A stretch of DNA of 63,475 nucleotides, counting the filler, from Octopus bimaculoides (lineage: Eukaryota), in NCBI RefSeq assembly GCF_001194135.2. It is 5 parts of 5 records of this genome, joined end to end, with 100 filler letters (N's around TTAATTAATTAA, not from the genome) between each part and the next. Parts side by side here need not be neighbours in the genome. Positions count along the whole stretch, not along the records: positions 14,054 to 31,910 come from NC_068987.1; 4 more parts are not named here. One strand, written 5' to 3'. The notes under the pieces are model-generated. The model was not told the DNA's origin. It did not search any database and worked only from the letters and a program-made list of their open reading frames with translations. Below are positions 14,010-26,749 of the stretch, piece after piece; the first letter of the stretch is position 1, and each line of letters starts with the position of its first letter. Made by a program: the position numbers and the translations under genes.

Positions 14010-15289
14010 NNNNNNNNNNNNNNNNNNNNNNNNNNNNNNNNNNNNNNNNNNNNACAATATCCTTCGAAAAAGATAATTTCTTTTGAAATGTTATGGTTTC
14101 TGAAGCGTTTGAGTCTTCAGAATGGATAAAATCTCGAGAGACTCTACAGAATGTGCTATTTTAGAAGGGAACACCTTTGAAAATCATATTCCTTGTTATA
14201 CACTTTCCATCTCTTCTACCCTGAGAATTCCTATCATTTTTATGTTTACGTAAATTAATAAAGGAACTTAACTATACAATGGAATCAAAGAAAGAATTTA
14301 CCAATGATATTATTTTGCTCCTGGGACAATTACATTTTTAACGCTTTCGCACATCTTAATATATCATCTTCCTTATTCTTATATCAGAAAAGTGCATATA
14401 AATGGTCCTGAATCCACAGTTTCAGGGAGCTAACTACAATAGGTGCCTCTCTGGTCAGCGTGTTCTGGAAGGGATATATTTATTCACCAATCACTTATCT
14501 TGCGAACATCATAAATGATATGAATATTGTATTCGTAATAGCATTTGCCTTGAATTTCGTTCAACGCTTAATCGGTTTTACAAATTATATAAATGCGCGT
14601 ATAACAGATTATATCTTCGATTTTCTGCCATAGAAAAGATAGCATTTGTTCAAAGTATTTCTTTTATAGACCTGAATAGATACATATGTAACTGTTATAT
14701 AGTTGACCGAGGCACCAGTGTAACAGCTAAATATCTCTACAGCCTTTAAAGTAAGGCCAGCGTAATAAAATTATTCCTTGAGATATAGAATATTTTAGTT
14801 GTTCAAGCAGAGTTGATTTAAGATATCCGACAATATAACACGGTGTTGCTGCCTCTTTTCACAATGTTATGTAAGTGATGTTGACTGACACGAGTCCCAA
14901 GCTTAGCTGGCACCGGTAGACAGTTCCACGTATGGTCTCCTGTCTAAGATGAAGAAACCCCAGCTATGGGTAAATAAACTCACTACTTTGCCAATCAGTC
15001 TAAGGAATAAACCTTATTTATAAATTTACAATGGAATCCTTAACGTGGTCAGGCGTTAGACTCTGTATTCTTTTCACAACTCCTGAAGCCAAACTGGTGG
15101 CAAACGTAATGATATGTACTCCTTTGGACCAAACTGGAGAGACCAAAAACAAAAAAATAATCGATTCTAACGTTTAGGTAAATAAGAATCCCCATACTTC
15201 CAGACCAGACTTGTACTTTGGACACCCGAAGTAGTAATTGAAGTTAATATTCACTAGCAGGGTCGGTCACGCAAATATATAATTTATTA

Positions 15290-16310
15290 TTTAGTCTTAA
15301 GCCAGCTTTAATTGTGACTGTCCTGCTATTGATAAAAGAAGTCATAAAATCTCCTCACAGCCCAACGTGTTCAGATTCTATTGGTGAAAATTTGATGTAT
15401 TGCGCTAAACCGTTCTTCACTTGTTAGGAGGAAGAAAAGCAATAGCTTGGCCTTATTTCTGTAGTTGCTATGTAAAATCTGTATTTCAAATAATATTGCA
15501 ACTACATTTCACACAAGCTTTGAATTTCAACAATAATCTTTATTTCTTCACTATTTTGTATGTCAATAGCGGCCCCTTCTAAAAAAATTCATTTCTTCTA
15601 TTTTGCATACAAATGCAAATTTTACGCAGTAAAAAAATCCTCAGTTCAATGAAATTATTAATTCTTGTCTCAAAATCTTCCTTCAATTGTTGTAAATATA
15701 CACAGTAGATTCCCAAATTATTGTCTGTAAATAATTATAAAAGGCTTTCCATTTATGGAAACTGACAGAACCACCTTCTCTCACAGTTTCGCTTGTTCAA
15801 TTCAATATTATTTATAAGGCTTTTGACTGCATTCTTTGCGTGCATTAGATTAAACTTGCTTCCCTACATTTATCTTGTCATACATATCAACCAAGTAAAC
15901 CACATTTGAAATAATAAAGTAATGATTTATAGGTAAAAATTTCACAAAAGTAAAAATTCATCAAAAGCTAGAAAAAGCGGTTCAAATAGAATCCTTTTGA
16001 CAGCGATCAAACTTCAGAGTAAAGTAGATTTTCATTATTCTTTTCTCATAGTTGATAGAACAGCCTCGTGTTTAAGGCCTGGGTTTTGATTTTATAAACA
16101 AAAAATATTACAAAGTTCAACCTTGATAACAGCTTCTCACTAAAAGTTTTAAGGTGTTGTCGATGAATTATACAGTGGATTGCTAATTGATGAAACACTT
16201 CTTTTTCATATATGATTCCAAACCTGCTTGGACATCGTAGACTCGTGCACCTTCAGTTATGCACGAATTTACGCAGCCGTTCGACTTCATAGAAATAGCA
16301 AATATGGAAA
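15290..16310 (-). mobile_element. Decayed hAT (Buster/Charlie, FAM200-like) transposase relic
   Basis: Minus-strand fragments CITEGA (cf. CxTDGA), AIHCIIHRQHL (CxxH motif), LNTRLFYQL...LLYSEV*SLSKG (cf. LLLHTEVRWLSKG), EERFSA (cf. ERxFS). Confidence 0.8.
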
Positions 16311-16484
16311 GCATGGCTATCTGATTCAAACATTCGCTCCACAGCCAAGTGGTTTTGGGTTCAGACCCATTGCAGGGCATTTTGGGCAAGTCGCATTTAC
16401 TACAACTTCGGTCTTATCTGTACTTTGTGAGAGTTATTTGATAGTTAGAAACGGTGCGGCATCCCAACGTGTGTGCATTTATAT

Positions 16485-17630
16485 ATAAATTGGTACAAAA
16501 TTAGGCTGAAATTTACCATTTATTCTATCACAAAGGATAGAGTGTTAACTTCGTGAGTGTGCAAAGTATCTGTCCTCAACATTAACACATTCCTGGAGTC
16601 TGCCACCCACACTACGACACACAATAATGCACAGTTCTAGACTGATGTTGATTTCCTGACAGGGCTTTGTAATGAACCCTCATAGTTAGGGCAGAGTGCA
16701 TGGCTTTCTTTCGTATGCCTTCTTTCGCAGCACTCTAGAAAAAAGTCGAAGGGCGAAGATCTGGGGAACGGGAGCAGTCAATGCTACCACGTCACCCAAC
16801 CTAATACCACTGGGAACATTGTACTGAGAACATTACGCGCATGAATTGCATAATGAAGTGGTACCCTTTCCTGTTGGCATAACACCCTACCAAGTTCGGG
16901 CGTAACCTGCATTGTGGACACCTACTCCTAGCGCAACATGTCAAGGTGGTTGTCACCATTAACTGTCTTCTCAAAAAAGAAAGACCTAAAGACTCCTGAG
17001 AATGACAGACCGGCTCTCACGGTGGCACTCGGCTGTGTTAGGTATGAGTTTTCGTCATATTAGTAAACGCAGTTAACCTTGTTGACATGATCTGACAACT
17101 TGAAACAGGCTTCGTCTGACCAAACAGTCTTGTCAAGGAATCGCGGGATTTCACAAATCTTATTCAGCATGATTTCTGCGAACTGCGCAGGATGATCTGG
17201 ATCATCTTCTGTCAGGTGTTGCAGGAGCCTAGGTCGGTAACGCTTCAAACTCAGTTTTATCATGAAACGACTCAGGGACTTTCGTGCCCAACTAGCCGAC
17301 GCTCGTCTGGTAGACGTCATAGGGTTATCTACAAACGCCAATGCTACCTGCTTCTCATTTTCCTTAGAAAAGAACGTAAAGAACGTCCGGATTTCGGGAT
17401 GTTCTTTAGTGAATCTGTCCCCTCGTATTTGTCTCATCTTGAAAGTCGATTATCATAACGGCAGATCAGTGTAGACGGTTTCTTTCCCCTTCTGGTACAC
17501 CATTTCCGCATTTTCAAATTTACAACAATTTTTTAGGACTCACTTTTTCTCGTTATCTCTTGCCTTGCCCTCAGTTACACAAACCTGATAAAAAAAACAA
17601 AACAATCAACCTATTTTTACACCATACGTA
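16485..17630 (-). mobile_element. Tc1/mariner-superfamily transposon (DUF4817-type transposase), decayed
   Basis: ORF 17060-17437 contains RLLQHLTEDDPD...VWSDEACFKLSDHVN; downstream remnants of FFEKTVNG and the QDGAP and SPD motifs; degenerate TIRs tggtacaaaattaggctga (~16491) and tcaacctatttttacacca (~17606). Confidence 0.85.
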
Positions 17631-18581
17631 TGTATGAGTGTGTGTGTATAGATGCATATGTGTATGTGGTGGAGTTAATGCGTATATATCTGTCTCCGTT
17701 TCTTTCTTTACATTCACACCGCTTTAGAACAGAGCTATCTATGTCCCGTAAATTAACGACTGGACAAACAGATATAGATAAAATAAGCAACAGATAAACA
17801 TAGGGTACTGGATTCAGTTTAATCGAGAATACCCATCAAAAGTTGTGCACCGGTATGGCTGCACTGCAATAATTAAAACAAAAAAAAAATGAAAAAATCA
17901 TGAATATATTAACCTCAAACAAAACCTTACTCTGTTACTGGAAAAACGCATTGGATAAGGCAGCCCTGAGTATAAAAAACACAGATGGGTGGTCACAGCT
18001 AATTTATGATTTGCACTATAAGGGCAGGGTAATATCAGTAACAACAACAACGCGGGTGCCCCTATACAAACAAACGACTGTTGTTTTCTGGTTCAAATTA
18101 GTGGTTCTTACGTTTAATATCATCACTATTTGTTTAATATCTTCATAATTCATTAATAATATTATTTATGGTAGTTTATTTTTAATCACGAACACCCAAC
18201 AACATCCAACGATAATATAGAACTCTTCGTTATGTTGGACATTAATAGAATAGTCTATCGTCCAAGAAATAAGAGATTGAAAATTATCTAAACTATCTTG
18301 TATAGATAAATCAATACAGTTAATACACAAGGGAAAATGTATAACATGGGAGATTGCGATGCTAAGAGATCTGTGAGTTAATAGGTAAAATGGTTCCCTT
18401 GCACGTAGTGAATATACGAATCAAGCTATATCTATGACCCTCTTCGTGTTTTTTGTCACAAACATTTATTTATAATGTATAGTAAGTATTGTATTATCCT
18501 TTATTTGAAACTATAACTAAAATAGATATATTTTCTCAGCGTACTTCTATTTTAATTCCTAAATTACTTTTAATCCATCAG

Positions 18582-18672
18582 GGAGTGGAGTCTGAGAGTT
18601 GTGCCAGTTATTCAGCAGCCTTAGCGAATGGAAAGCCTATATTTACACCTCCAAATTCAACTCTAGCTGATG
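18582..18672 (+). CDS. Internal exon a of L-threonine ammonia-lyase / serine racemase-like PLP enzyme (GVESESCASYSAALANGKPIFTPPNSTLAD-G)
   Basis: Acceptor ttttaatccatcAG at 18580-81; donor GTATGT at 18673; phase 0 to 1. GVE...STLADG is the typical threonine dehydratase/serine racemase segment; joins in frame to the next exon. Confidence 0.93.
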
Positions 18673-20859
18673 GTATGTGTTAATAGAATTAATCAAATTG
18701 ATACTGTAAATTAAATGTGTTATTCAAACTTCTTTTAGGTTACAAATATTACTACAACGTAGTTAGTAACGTACATTTTGTACTAGAAAAATCAAAAATA
18801 TAAGTTAACATTTCTTGACTTCGATACCCTTATGATGACTATTTTATAATTTCTATTCTGTAAGAAGAACTCCTCATCAGCCGCTAGGATTTTCAGGTAC
18901 CCGAATAAAATTATTCACACGCTACTTCTGATAACTACTTTTTCTCCTATTTGTTACCACTAACGCACGACCCCTACACACGTTTTCACACACACATACA
19001 CACACACACATTATATATATCCGGTATCTGCACCAGAAGCAGTTTATATTAAAATAGCCATCTATGTATTATACTTAATGTAAATCATCGTGGAAAAGCA
19101 AGTTTACTGCAGTATTTTGTCTGGAGATTGTATCTCTTATGGACATGGAATTTAAAAAAAGAATCATATGTATTAGTGCTAACAATATATCGCAAATGTA
19201 ACATTGCAGTGACTTTGTCAGTCGCACGTACTCATTGCTAATCCCATACTAATCCAAAATTCTTTGATACAGATATAAGAAAGCAGTGACAACTATCACT
19301 GTTTTTGTAGTTAGCTGCCTGCTAATTAAGAAAAAGAAACGTTTTCTATCACAGAAGTAGCATTAGATCAAAATAGGCAGCTGTGTATCATACCTAAGGC
19401 AGATACCGAGCAAAAGGGCAAATTTATTTCGGTATTTGTCCCGAGATAACAACCCTAATAGACGTATTATGTTTAAAAACAACCACTGTCTTGAATATAG
19501 ATGGAGAGTGGAATATGTCGAAAATAAAGAAGCATTGTTTTTCATAAATCAAACGAACAATCGAAGCTCAGTGGCTCACATGTGTTGGTTGTTTTACATG
19601 TAGTATATGGTTGTTATGGTATACTACATTATATTGATTATTTGAACCAGCGCTGTTTTAGTAAATTTAGCGCTTTATGAGTGTCCGGTGTATGCAATTA
19701 ATTGCAATTGATTTATACATTCAGAACTCGGTTAATTATTAAGTATATCTAAACATTTTAAGACAGTTAAGTAAACTTTGGAGGTAGATTCTGCTGCTAT
19801 TTTTAGGATAAGTGATTGTTTAGAGGCTTCTTTATAATAATGCACAGCACCAATATGTACAGAGAGAGAAAGAGAAGAAATGATAAAATACATTGAGATT
19901 ACCACATACAATTAACCACTTTATGCCAGAATATGAATCGTAGTCCACAACCAGACAGATGGTATGTAATATCTAGGGGTAAGGTTCAATCATTTATCCG
20001 GCTATCCATATATCTATATGGCCACATGACAAGAACTGACGTGAAGGTATCGCAACAACACTCGAAGAATAAGTATAAGATATTTGAGAAATACTGACCT
20101 TAATTATTATTGTAATTCATGCTATTGTTTCTCTATAGGTATGATTCAACTGATTAAAAGCTTATGCATAAACCTGATTTACATAATCTGTTTGCAAAAG
20201 AGAAATAATTGCTGGATATAATGACCAATAGTTATTCATATGACAGGCGAGATAACCAAATTGATTATAATTCCAAACATAAAAATTGATGACCTGGTTG
20301 TCCATTTAACACTAAACACTAATGCACAGAATTCTCTCGGTAGCAATGGCATTCGAATTCCCAGACTGAAACAGCCTTCCTAGTTGTAGATAGGTACCAC
20401 AGGGCACAAAACAACTTAATACAATTCATAATGGTTATTGCAATAAATGCTGTTATTCTTTTACGAACATAAGAGAGAAAGAAAGCAGGTCTAGAACTCA
20501 TTTATAATTTTAACTCGTATAATCTCTTCAGAATATAAAAATAATTACATAATATAATTGGCAATATTTATTCATTTGAGAACAGATACAACCAAATTGA
20601 TTAAAATTCTGGGCAACCAACCGATAGCTCGATGTCAGCTGTCACATTCGACGAGCGTTTCGCTAGCATGCAATCCATAATACAAATACATCTGGGAGCT
20701 TTACTTTGAAAGAAATGAATTGCATCAAGCTGACTTGCTTCTAGTCATTAAAACATGTTGAAAATTTTTCAGTGGTTTACAAAGAAATATTTTCTGTATT
20801 GCAATACTATGTTCATCCTTCACTATCAAATACCTGTTAACTAAATTTTGTTATTCCAG

Positions 20860-20935
20860 GTCTTGCTGTTCCAATTGTTGGTTTCAATGCTTTTGCTACA
20901 GCCAAGGATATAGTGGACGAAGTGATTACAGTCAG
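20860..20935 (+). CDS. Internal exon b of the same gene ((G)LAVPIVGFNAFATAKDIVDEVITV)
   Basis: Acceptor ttttgttattccAG at 20858-59; donor GTAAAA at 20936; phase 1 to 2. G+GT completes the Gly of ADGLAVP. Not in the ORF track; found by reading the sequence. Confidence 0.92.
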
Positions 20936-21391
20936 GTAAAAAAAAAAAAAAACCCGATCGTGTAAATGAATGCTTTGTACTTTTTAGTAAGTTTAAAGAC
21001 ATATCTAAGGCTAATGCTTTGCTATAATCTGTAATAGAGGCATAGCAAAGAACATTGAAACATTGTAATGTTAAATGCCATTGAATGAGAGCAAATTTAA
21101 TGGGTTTGTGCATTCGCTGAGGTCAAGGAAAGGCAGCATTTATATGACACATATTGGGACAAGACAATACTCCTGTGTGCATTTAAGTGTATATATATAT
21201 GCGTGTATAGTCGTTGCCCCCTACCACTTGACAACAGGTGTCGGTTTGGTTACGGCTCCATGACTTAACAGTTATGCAAAAGAAGAGCCTATAGAATTAA
21301 GATGAGGATTTAAAAGTAAGTATTAGGGGTATATCTTTTCGACTAAATGCTTCAAGGTGGTGTCCCAACATGGTGGCAGTCTGTCTCTCTA

Positions 21392-21422
<31 letters not shown>

Positions 21423-21432
21423 NNNNNNNNNN

Positions 21433-21489
<57 letters not shown>

Positions 21490-21794
21490 CAATACACACA
21501 CGCACATATGTATGTATTCATGTTTGCATGGGCTGAGGCAAGATATTGTTACTCTGATAAGGAGTGAATGTACTAGATAAATACATTTCACCTTGACGAC
21601 AGCTAAAGGGCACACTGATGGCTGATTTCACATATCAGCTTTTGATCTGTGTTAGCAGAGAAAAACATGGGCCGCAACAAAGAGTTAGCAAGTGCGTGCA
21701 TAAACACACACACACACACACACACATACACACACATACACACACACACACACACACACTCTCTCTCTCTCTGTTTCTCCCTCTCCTTCTCTCT

Positions 21795-21900
21795 TACCTC
21801 TCTCTCCTCACTTCTCTCTCTCCTCACTTCTCTCTCTCCTCACCTCTCTCTCCTCACTTCTCTCTCTCCTCACTTCTCTCTCTCCTCACTTCTCTCTCTC
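21795..21900. repeat. Pyrimidine-rich minisatellite, ~16-bp unit tctctctcctcacttc
   Basis: At least five units visible before the N gap. Confidence 0.9.
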
Positions 21901-22669
21901 NNNNNNNNNNNNNNNNNNNNNNNNNNNNNNNNNNNNNNNNNNNNNNNNNNNNNNNNNNNNNNNNNNNNNNNNNNNNNNNNNNNNNNNNNNNNNNNNNNNN
22001 NNNNNNNNNNNNNNNNNNNNNNNNNNNNNNNNNNNNNNNNNNNNNNNNNATCATACATGCACACACACATACATACAAACATACTTATATTGCATAGATA
22101 TATACATACGTACATGCATACATACACATATACATACATACATACATATACACACATATATATATGTATACATTCATGCATACATGTATACATACATATT
22201 AACATACATATATACATACATATTTATATATTTACATACATGCATACATGTACGTATTGCAAGCGCACACATACTCGTGTATGTCACATACAAAAGTATG
22301 TATGGAATAACTGGTATTTGGATGGAACGGTAGGGTGATTGGTAGGCGTTAGAGAGGGGTGGGCACATATTGAAATACCAAAGTCGAAAGTACATTTACG
22401 ATGATAATGGTTGTAGAGAGAGGAAGCAGAAGAAGAAAAAAAAAGAGGAAAAGAAAAAAATACAGAGAGAGATCAGGGAGGTAGTCTAAATTGTGGGTCC
22501 CCCCCTCTCTCTCCCTCTCTCTCTTACATATATCTATCTAGAGATACGCATTCTCGCACCGTACATTCATGCATAGATACCAACAGGGGCAGTTGCTAGT
22601 CATTCATCTTTCAACTGACAGCTAGTGTGGAGTGAGGAAGAAGAAGAGGAGGAGGAGGAGGAGGAGGTG

Positions 22670-22708
<39 letters not shown>

Positions 22709-22968
22709 AGTTAGGAATACGAAATTCGGAGAAATACGAAATACGATACTCTGCATGAAATATAAAATGCGATATACAATATGCAATATGCAGTCATGTG
22801 CGTTGTAATGCATATCGACAGAAGTGCTACTTTAGTGTAGCGCATTCACTGAAGACAATACCGCCGCCATGAGAAAAATTCTGTCATCCGGTCATTTAAT
22901 ACGATTTAATGACTAGCAGTAAACATCACCATTAAAATGTTACAGTAATAATAATAATAATAATAATC

Positions 22969-23007
<39 letters not shown>

Positions 23008-23008
<1 letters not shown>

Positions 23009-23477
23009 GATTGGCTACAGCAAATATTCTGCTCAGAACTACAGATTTGTCTGTCAGTTGTTTGATCTTAAGCATCTGAGCATGTCCCTTAGTGGCTGAC
23101 GATAGGCGCATCTCTGATCATGAGCAGAAGTAGTTGGGGAGCATCATAGCCATGTGTTGAGAGGAATTCTTTGGGGGTTTGAATAATTCACCTTTGGAAA
23201 CATGGATGTTTTGCACAACATCCTTAAACAAACCTTATTCAGGGATCTTTTGAGCGGAATGGGCTACTCGACCTGAAAATAATTCTAACTGGGCCCCACC
23301 TGCGAGGTCATGTGCCGTTGATCTTGATATGAGATCACCATGTTGCGCATATATGCTTGTGATGCATGTACCTGGTGTACCCTTATCAGACGGGTAGTCA
23401 TGATGGGTATACTGGACTTCGTATATTTTACCCTAGTGTCACTTTGATGGCTGATGGCATGCATTGCTCTCTCACTC

Positions 23478-23478
<1 letters not shown>
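23008..23478. mobile_element. Unclassified ~470-bp repeat-like element between two (TAA)n tracts
   Basis: Complex sequence with sharp boundaries at (TAA)n 22948-23003 and 23478-23510; no coding motif recognised; no second copy in the window. Confidence 0.45.
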
Positions 23479-23510
<32 letters not shown>

Positions 23511-23516
<6 letters not shown>

Positions 23517-23680
23517 AACTAAGTTTAGAGCAACTCCAAAAAAACAGTATTATTAAGGACAGCTAGGATTCTGAGGAAGGTTCTTGGTATCTAAGGTTAC
23601 TTGTTATAGACCGATGTTAGGAATAGTTTCTAACAACATAACCTTTAAACCTAGATTACTTGTACAAATTAATTGTTCTC
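23511..23680 (+). mobile_element. Severely 5'-truncated R4/Dong-like 3' end
   Basis: With a 1-nt shift it reads LEQLQ-KTVLLRTARILRKVLGI*, the typical R4/Dong C-terminus; starts directly after (TAA)n. Confidence 0.7.
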
Positions 23681-23831
23681 GAAATTATTTTCTTCATACA
23701 ATGGAAGCATTGTCTTATAATGTTATAGAAAGTAGAAAGCTCTATCTATGGAGGAAACAAATCCCAGTTTTATATAATAAATGTGTTGAATATTGTATAC
23801 TAAAATTTCTCTTTTATATAAATATTTTCAG

Positions 23832-23957
23832 TGAGAACTACATTGCTTTATCCATTCTGAGGCTTGTAGAACAGGAAAAAGCAGTGGTAGAAGGGGCTGG
23901 AGTCGTTGGACTGGCTGCACTATTACAGGGTAAACAAGAAGAGTTAAAAGGCAAAAC
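23832..23957 (+). CDS. Internal exon c of the same gene ((S)ENYIALSILRLVEQEKAVVEGAGVVGLAALLQGKQEELKGK)
   Basis: Acceptor aatattttcAG at 23830-31; donor GTGAGT at 23958; phase 2 to 2; within ORF 23584-23961; EKAVVEGAG family motif. Confidence 0.95.
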
Positions 23958-25111
23958 GTGAGTACAAATCAATTACTATCTCAGGCACATGCCCACTGTC
24001 TTGTTAGAGGTCGGAATAACCATTATATGGACTCTTCCGCATTTAGCTGGTATTTTATTTTATCTACTTCGGAAGGCTGAAAAGCAAAGCTGACTTCGGC
24101 GGGATGATGCTCACGCCTGGAATGGCATTAATCGTAGTTATGCTTAATCTAGGTCAATTTGGTACAAACAACTAGCATTTTTTGTGTGCAGTCATAATAG
24201 AATACAAAATATCGGTTTGTATAATATTTGTAATGTATTTACGAACATAGAACGGCACTAGCTGTTATATTTTGTTGCAAGGAGAATACACAAAAAGACT
24301 AATACAGAGGGATTCGCTAAGAATGTTAGTGTATAATGTTTCTTTCTACCTAATTTGATCCCCTCAGAAACGACTACCTGGAACATTGGCAGACATAGGT
24401 CAATATGTATGGATGTGCTAATATATTAGCAAATGTGTCACTGTATCTAGGATGTTTTAATACACCAGGTAATGGGACTGTATATATGTGGACTGTAGCG
24501 CTATAACAGTAATCTGTTAGTATTTTAGGAAAATTCCATGCATGTTTCGATTTATTTGTAATTATTAGAACGATTTTTCGAGTTTTATCCGATATCTCTA
24601 GATGTAATCATACCTGTAATTACATTCCCATTTTAAAAAATATCTCTGGTTGTATTATATGAATATATATCGAAGCATTTACTGGTTTAATGGAAATACA
24701 TCAATGTTTCTTGAAATAAATAAATGAATAATACATCAACATAGCGAAAAAGTAATATAATCTATAAATCTGAATGTAGAATGAAATCCAGAAACTACAG
24801 TTATGCAAGAATGCTATGAATACCGGAAGTCAATGGAAGATTATGCACGGATGGAAGTAATTACATTTTCAGTTTGTTAGCACCTTCTAATTATATAACC
24901 TTAATTGCGGTCTAATTATAGAAGGTTGATGGCAGCTAATGTTAAAAATTGCAGTGTGTTAATTATCATTTCAACTTTGGCAAATTCTGCCCGCAAACAT
25001 CGACACAAAAATAGAAGAGATTACACTAAAATGTCCGTCTTTATGCTTAATATTTCAGTTCTTTTAAAGAATAAAATCAGTCAATGTCATGTCAGTATTG
25101 TGTTTTAACAG

Positions 25112-25279
25112 GGTTGTTGTGGCTTTGTGTGGTGGAAACATAGACACACCAGCCTTAGGAAGAGTTATTGAGCGTGGTCTGGCCGCTGATGGACGTTTGA
25201 TCAAGTTTGTTGTGACGGTCAGTGATCGACCAGGTGGGATTGCCGACTTAACCCGGCTTATTGCCAGCATTGGCGTCAG
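25112..25279 (+). CDS. Internal exon d of the same gene ((T)VVVALCGGNIDTPALGRVIERGLAADGRLIKFVVTVSDRPGGIADLTRLIASIGV), end of catalytic domain and start of ACT domain
   Basis: Acceptor tgttttaacAG at 25110-11; donor GTAGGA at 25280; phase 2 to 2. CGGNID PLP-site motif and DRPGG ACT-start motif. The four exons total 461 nt with an open frame. Confidence 0.95.
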
Positions 25280-25364
25280 GTAGGATATTTTATTTTCGCA
25301 TGAAAAGAAACAGCAACAACAACGCTAATTACAACAACCACAATCGCCTTAATAATATTCATCA

Positions 25365-26140
25365 TCATCATCGTCTGTTATTCTTATCACATTTAATACC
25401 AACGAGCGCCAATGAACCTTTACGTAGTCTCACCAGCTCTGTCTATTTCTGTGTTTCCGTTTCAGCTTCCGCAATTTTATTGATATTATCTCTTTCTCAT
25501 TCTGCATTTTCTCTGACAAGTAGACCTAACTCTTCCACTGATACCTTGGAATGGCTATTCTACTGATTGGTGAAACAGCCTTTCATCAAGCTGTGATTGA
25601 AGCACATAACCCAACCATCCGACCATGCTTTTTTTTTCAATGTATATTTTTATGCCTCGAACCACTTTATTTCTCATTAACTCACGCCATTTGTTTTCCG
25701 AGATTCTTCGTAATCCTCATCTGCTTCAACAACTTCGTAAAGACTCTAAAACGATTAGCTTAATACTATTGCTTTACCATGATTCTTTTCCATACAGTAA
25801 AGCACTTCTTACAACAAGTATCGTATGTGGTTTAATTTTCGAACGACTCACCAAACTATTTGATTTTCACCCATTTGAGAAACACTCCTATTGCTTTATT
25901 TCCCGTCTTACATATTTTATTAAACTCATTTTCTAAAGACCTCCTACGTCCTGTAAAAGTTCCAAGATATCTAAGCGTATTTTACTTTTCTAGTAGTGCC
26001 CATCCAACGATATTTCTTTTGTCGATTTGCACTGTCTTCATAGCTTTAGTTTTAATAAAGTTCATTGTTAAACCCTGCCCCACTTTTGACTATTTCATCA
26101 CCGCTATGCATCATTCTTTGTAATTTGGATATTCCATTAC
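25365..26140 (-). mobile_element. RTE-clade LINE 3' fragment, decayed
   Basis: Minus-strand fragments GLTMNFIKTKAM, YLGTF, VRSALLYGKESW, WLGYVL; ends in a (GAT)n tail. Confidence 0.8.
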
Positions 26141-26169
26141 TAAGAAAACCGCCATAAGGTCTCTTTCTT

Positions 26170-26405
26170 GTTGCGGTGTGATAGCTCATGTGACTCAATG
26201 ACCCGGAGAGCTAAGCTAACGGAGTGAAAGTACATGTTAAAAACTCCCATGTTGAACAGGTCAAAGGATAGAGGTTAGGCTATCCAAGAGATAAAAATGG
26301 GTCTGCGCAGGGCTAATATGAAAAAGAAATAGCTAGCTCATGGTCGAGAAAAGAATAAAAACGTTGTCGATGGACCTATGCTTCAAAGAGAACGAAGGTA
26401 TTAAA
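26170..26405 (+). mobile_element. Short RTE-derived element (5' UTR-like part fused to 3' end)
   Basis: ctcaatgacccggagagcta...ctcccatgttgaacaggtcaaaggatagaggtta matches 35460-35540 (minus); ends in RTE-like tail gttgtcgatggacctatgcttcaaagagaacgaagg. Confidence 0.5.
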
Positions 26406-26749
26406 CATCCAGTATGTACTTTCCACAAATCCATTCAGCTCTTTGTCTTCCATCTCCGATTGTTTCCTTTATGACGAAGTTTATTGGAACAGCAAAGAAG
26501 GGAAGCTATAAAACACCTACCTACAGTACTTCCACTCCCGATTTCAAATTCATCTGAACGCTTGCCGTTTACGCTTTCTTAACATTTATTTCCTCAAAGT
26601 AATATGTCTATTACATCGATATACTGTCACTGCAAATCATTTGCAGAGGAATTTGTGTCGAGAGACAATGCTTCTCAATGGATAAATCTCCCTTTATGTA
26701 AAGAGGTTATCCAAAACTGGTTCATCTAGCTAACTTCTTTTTACCCCCA

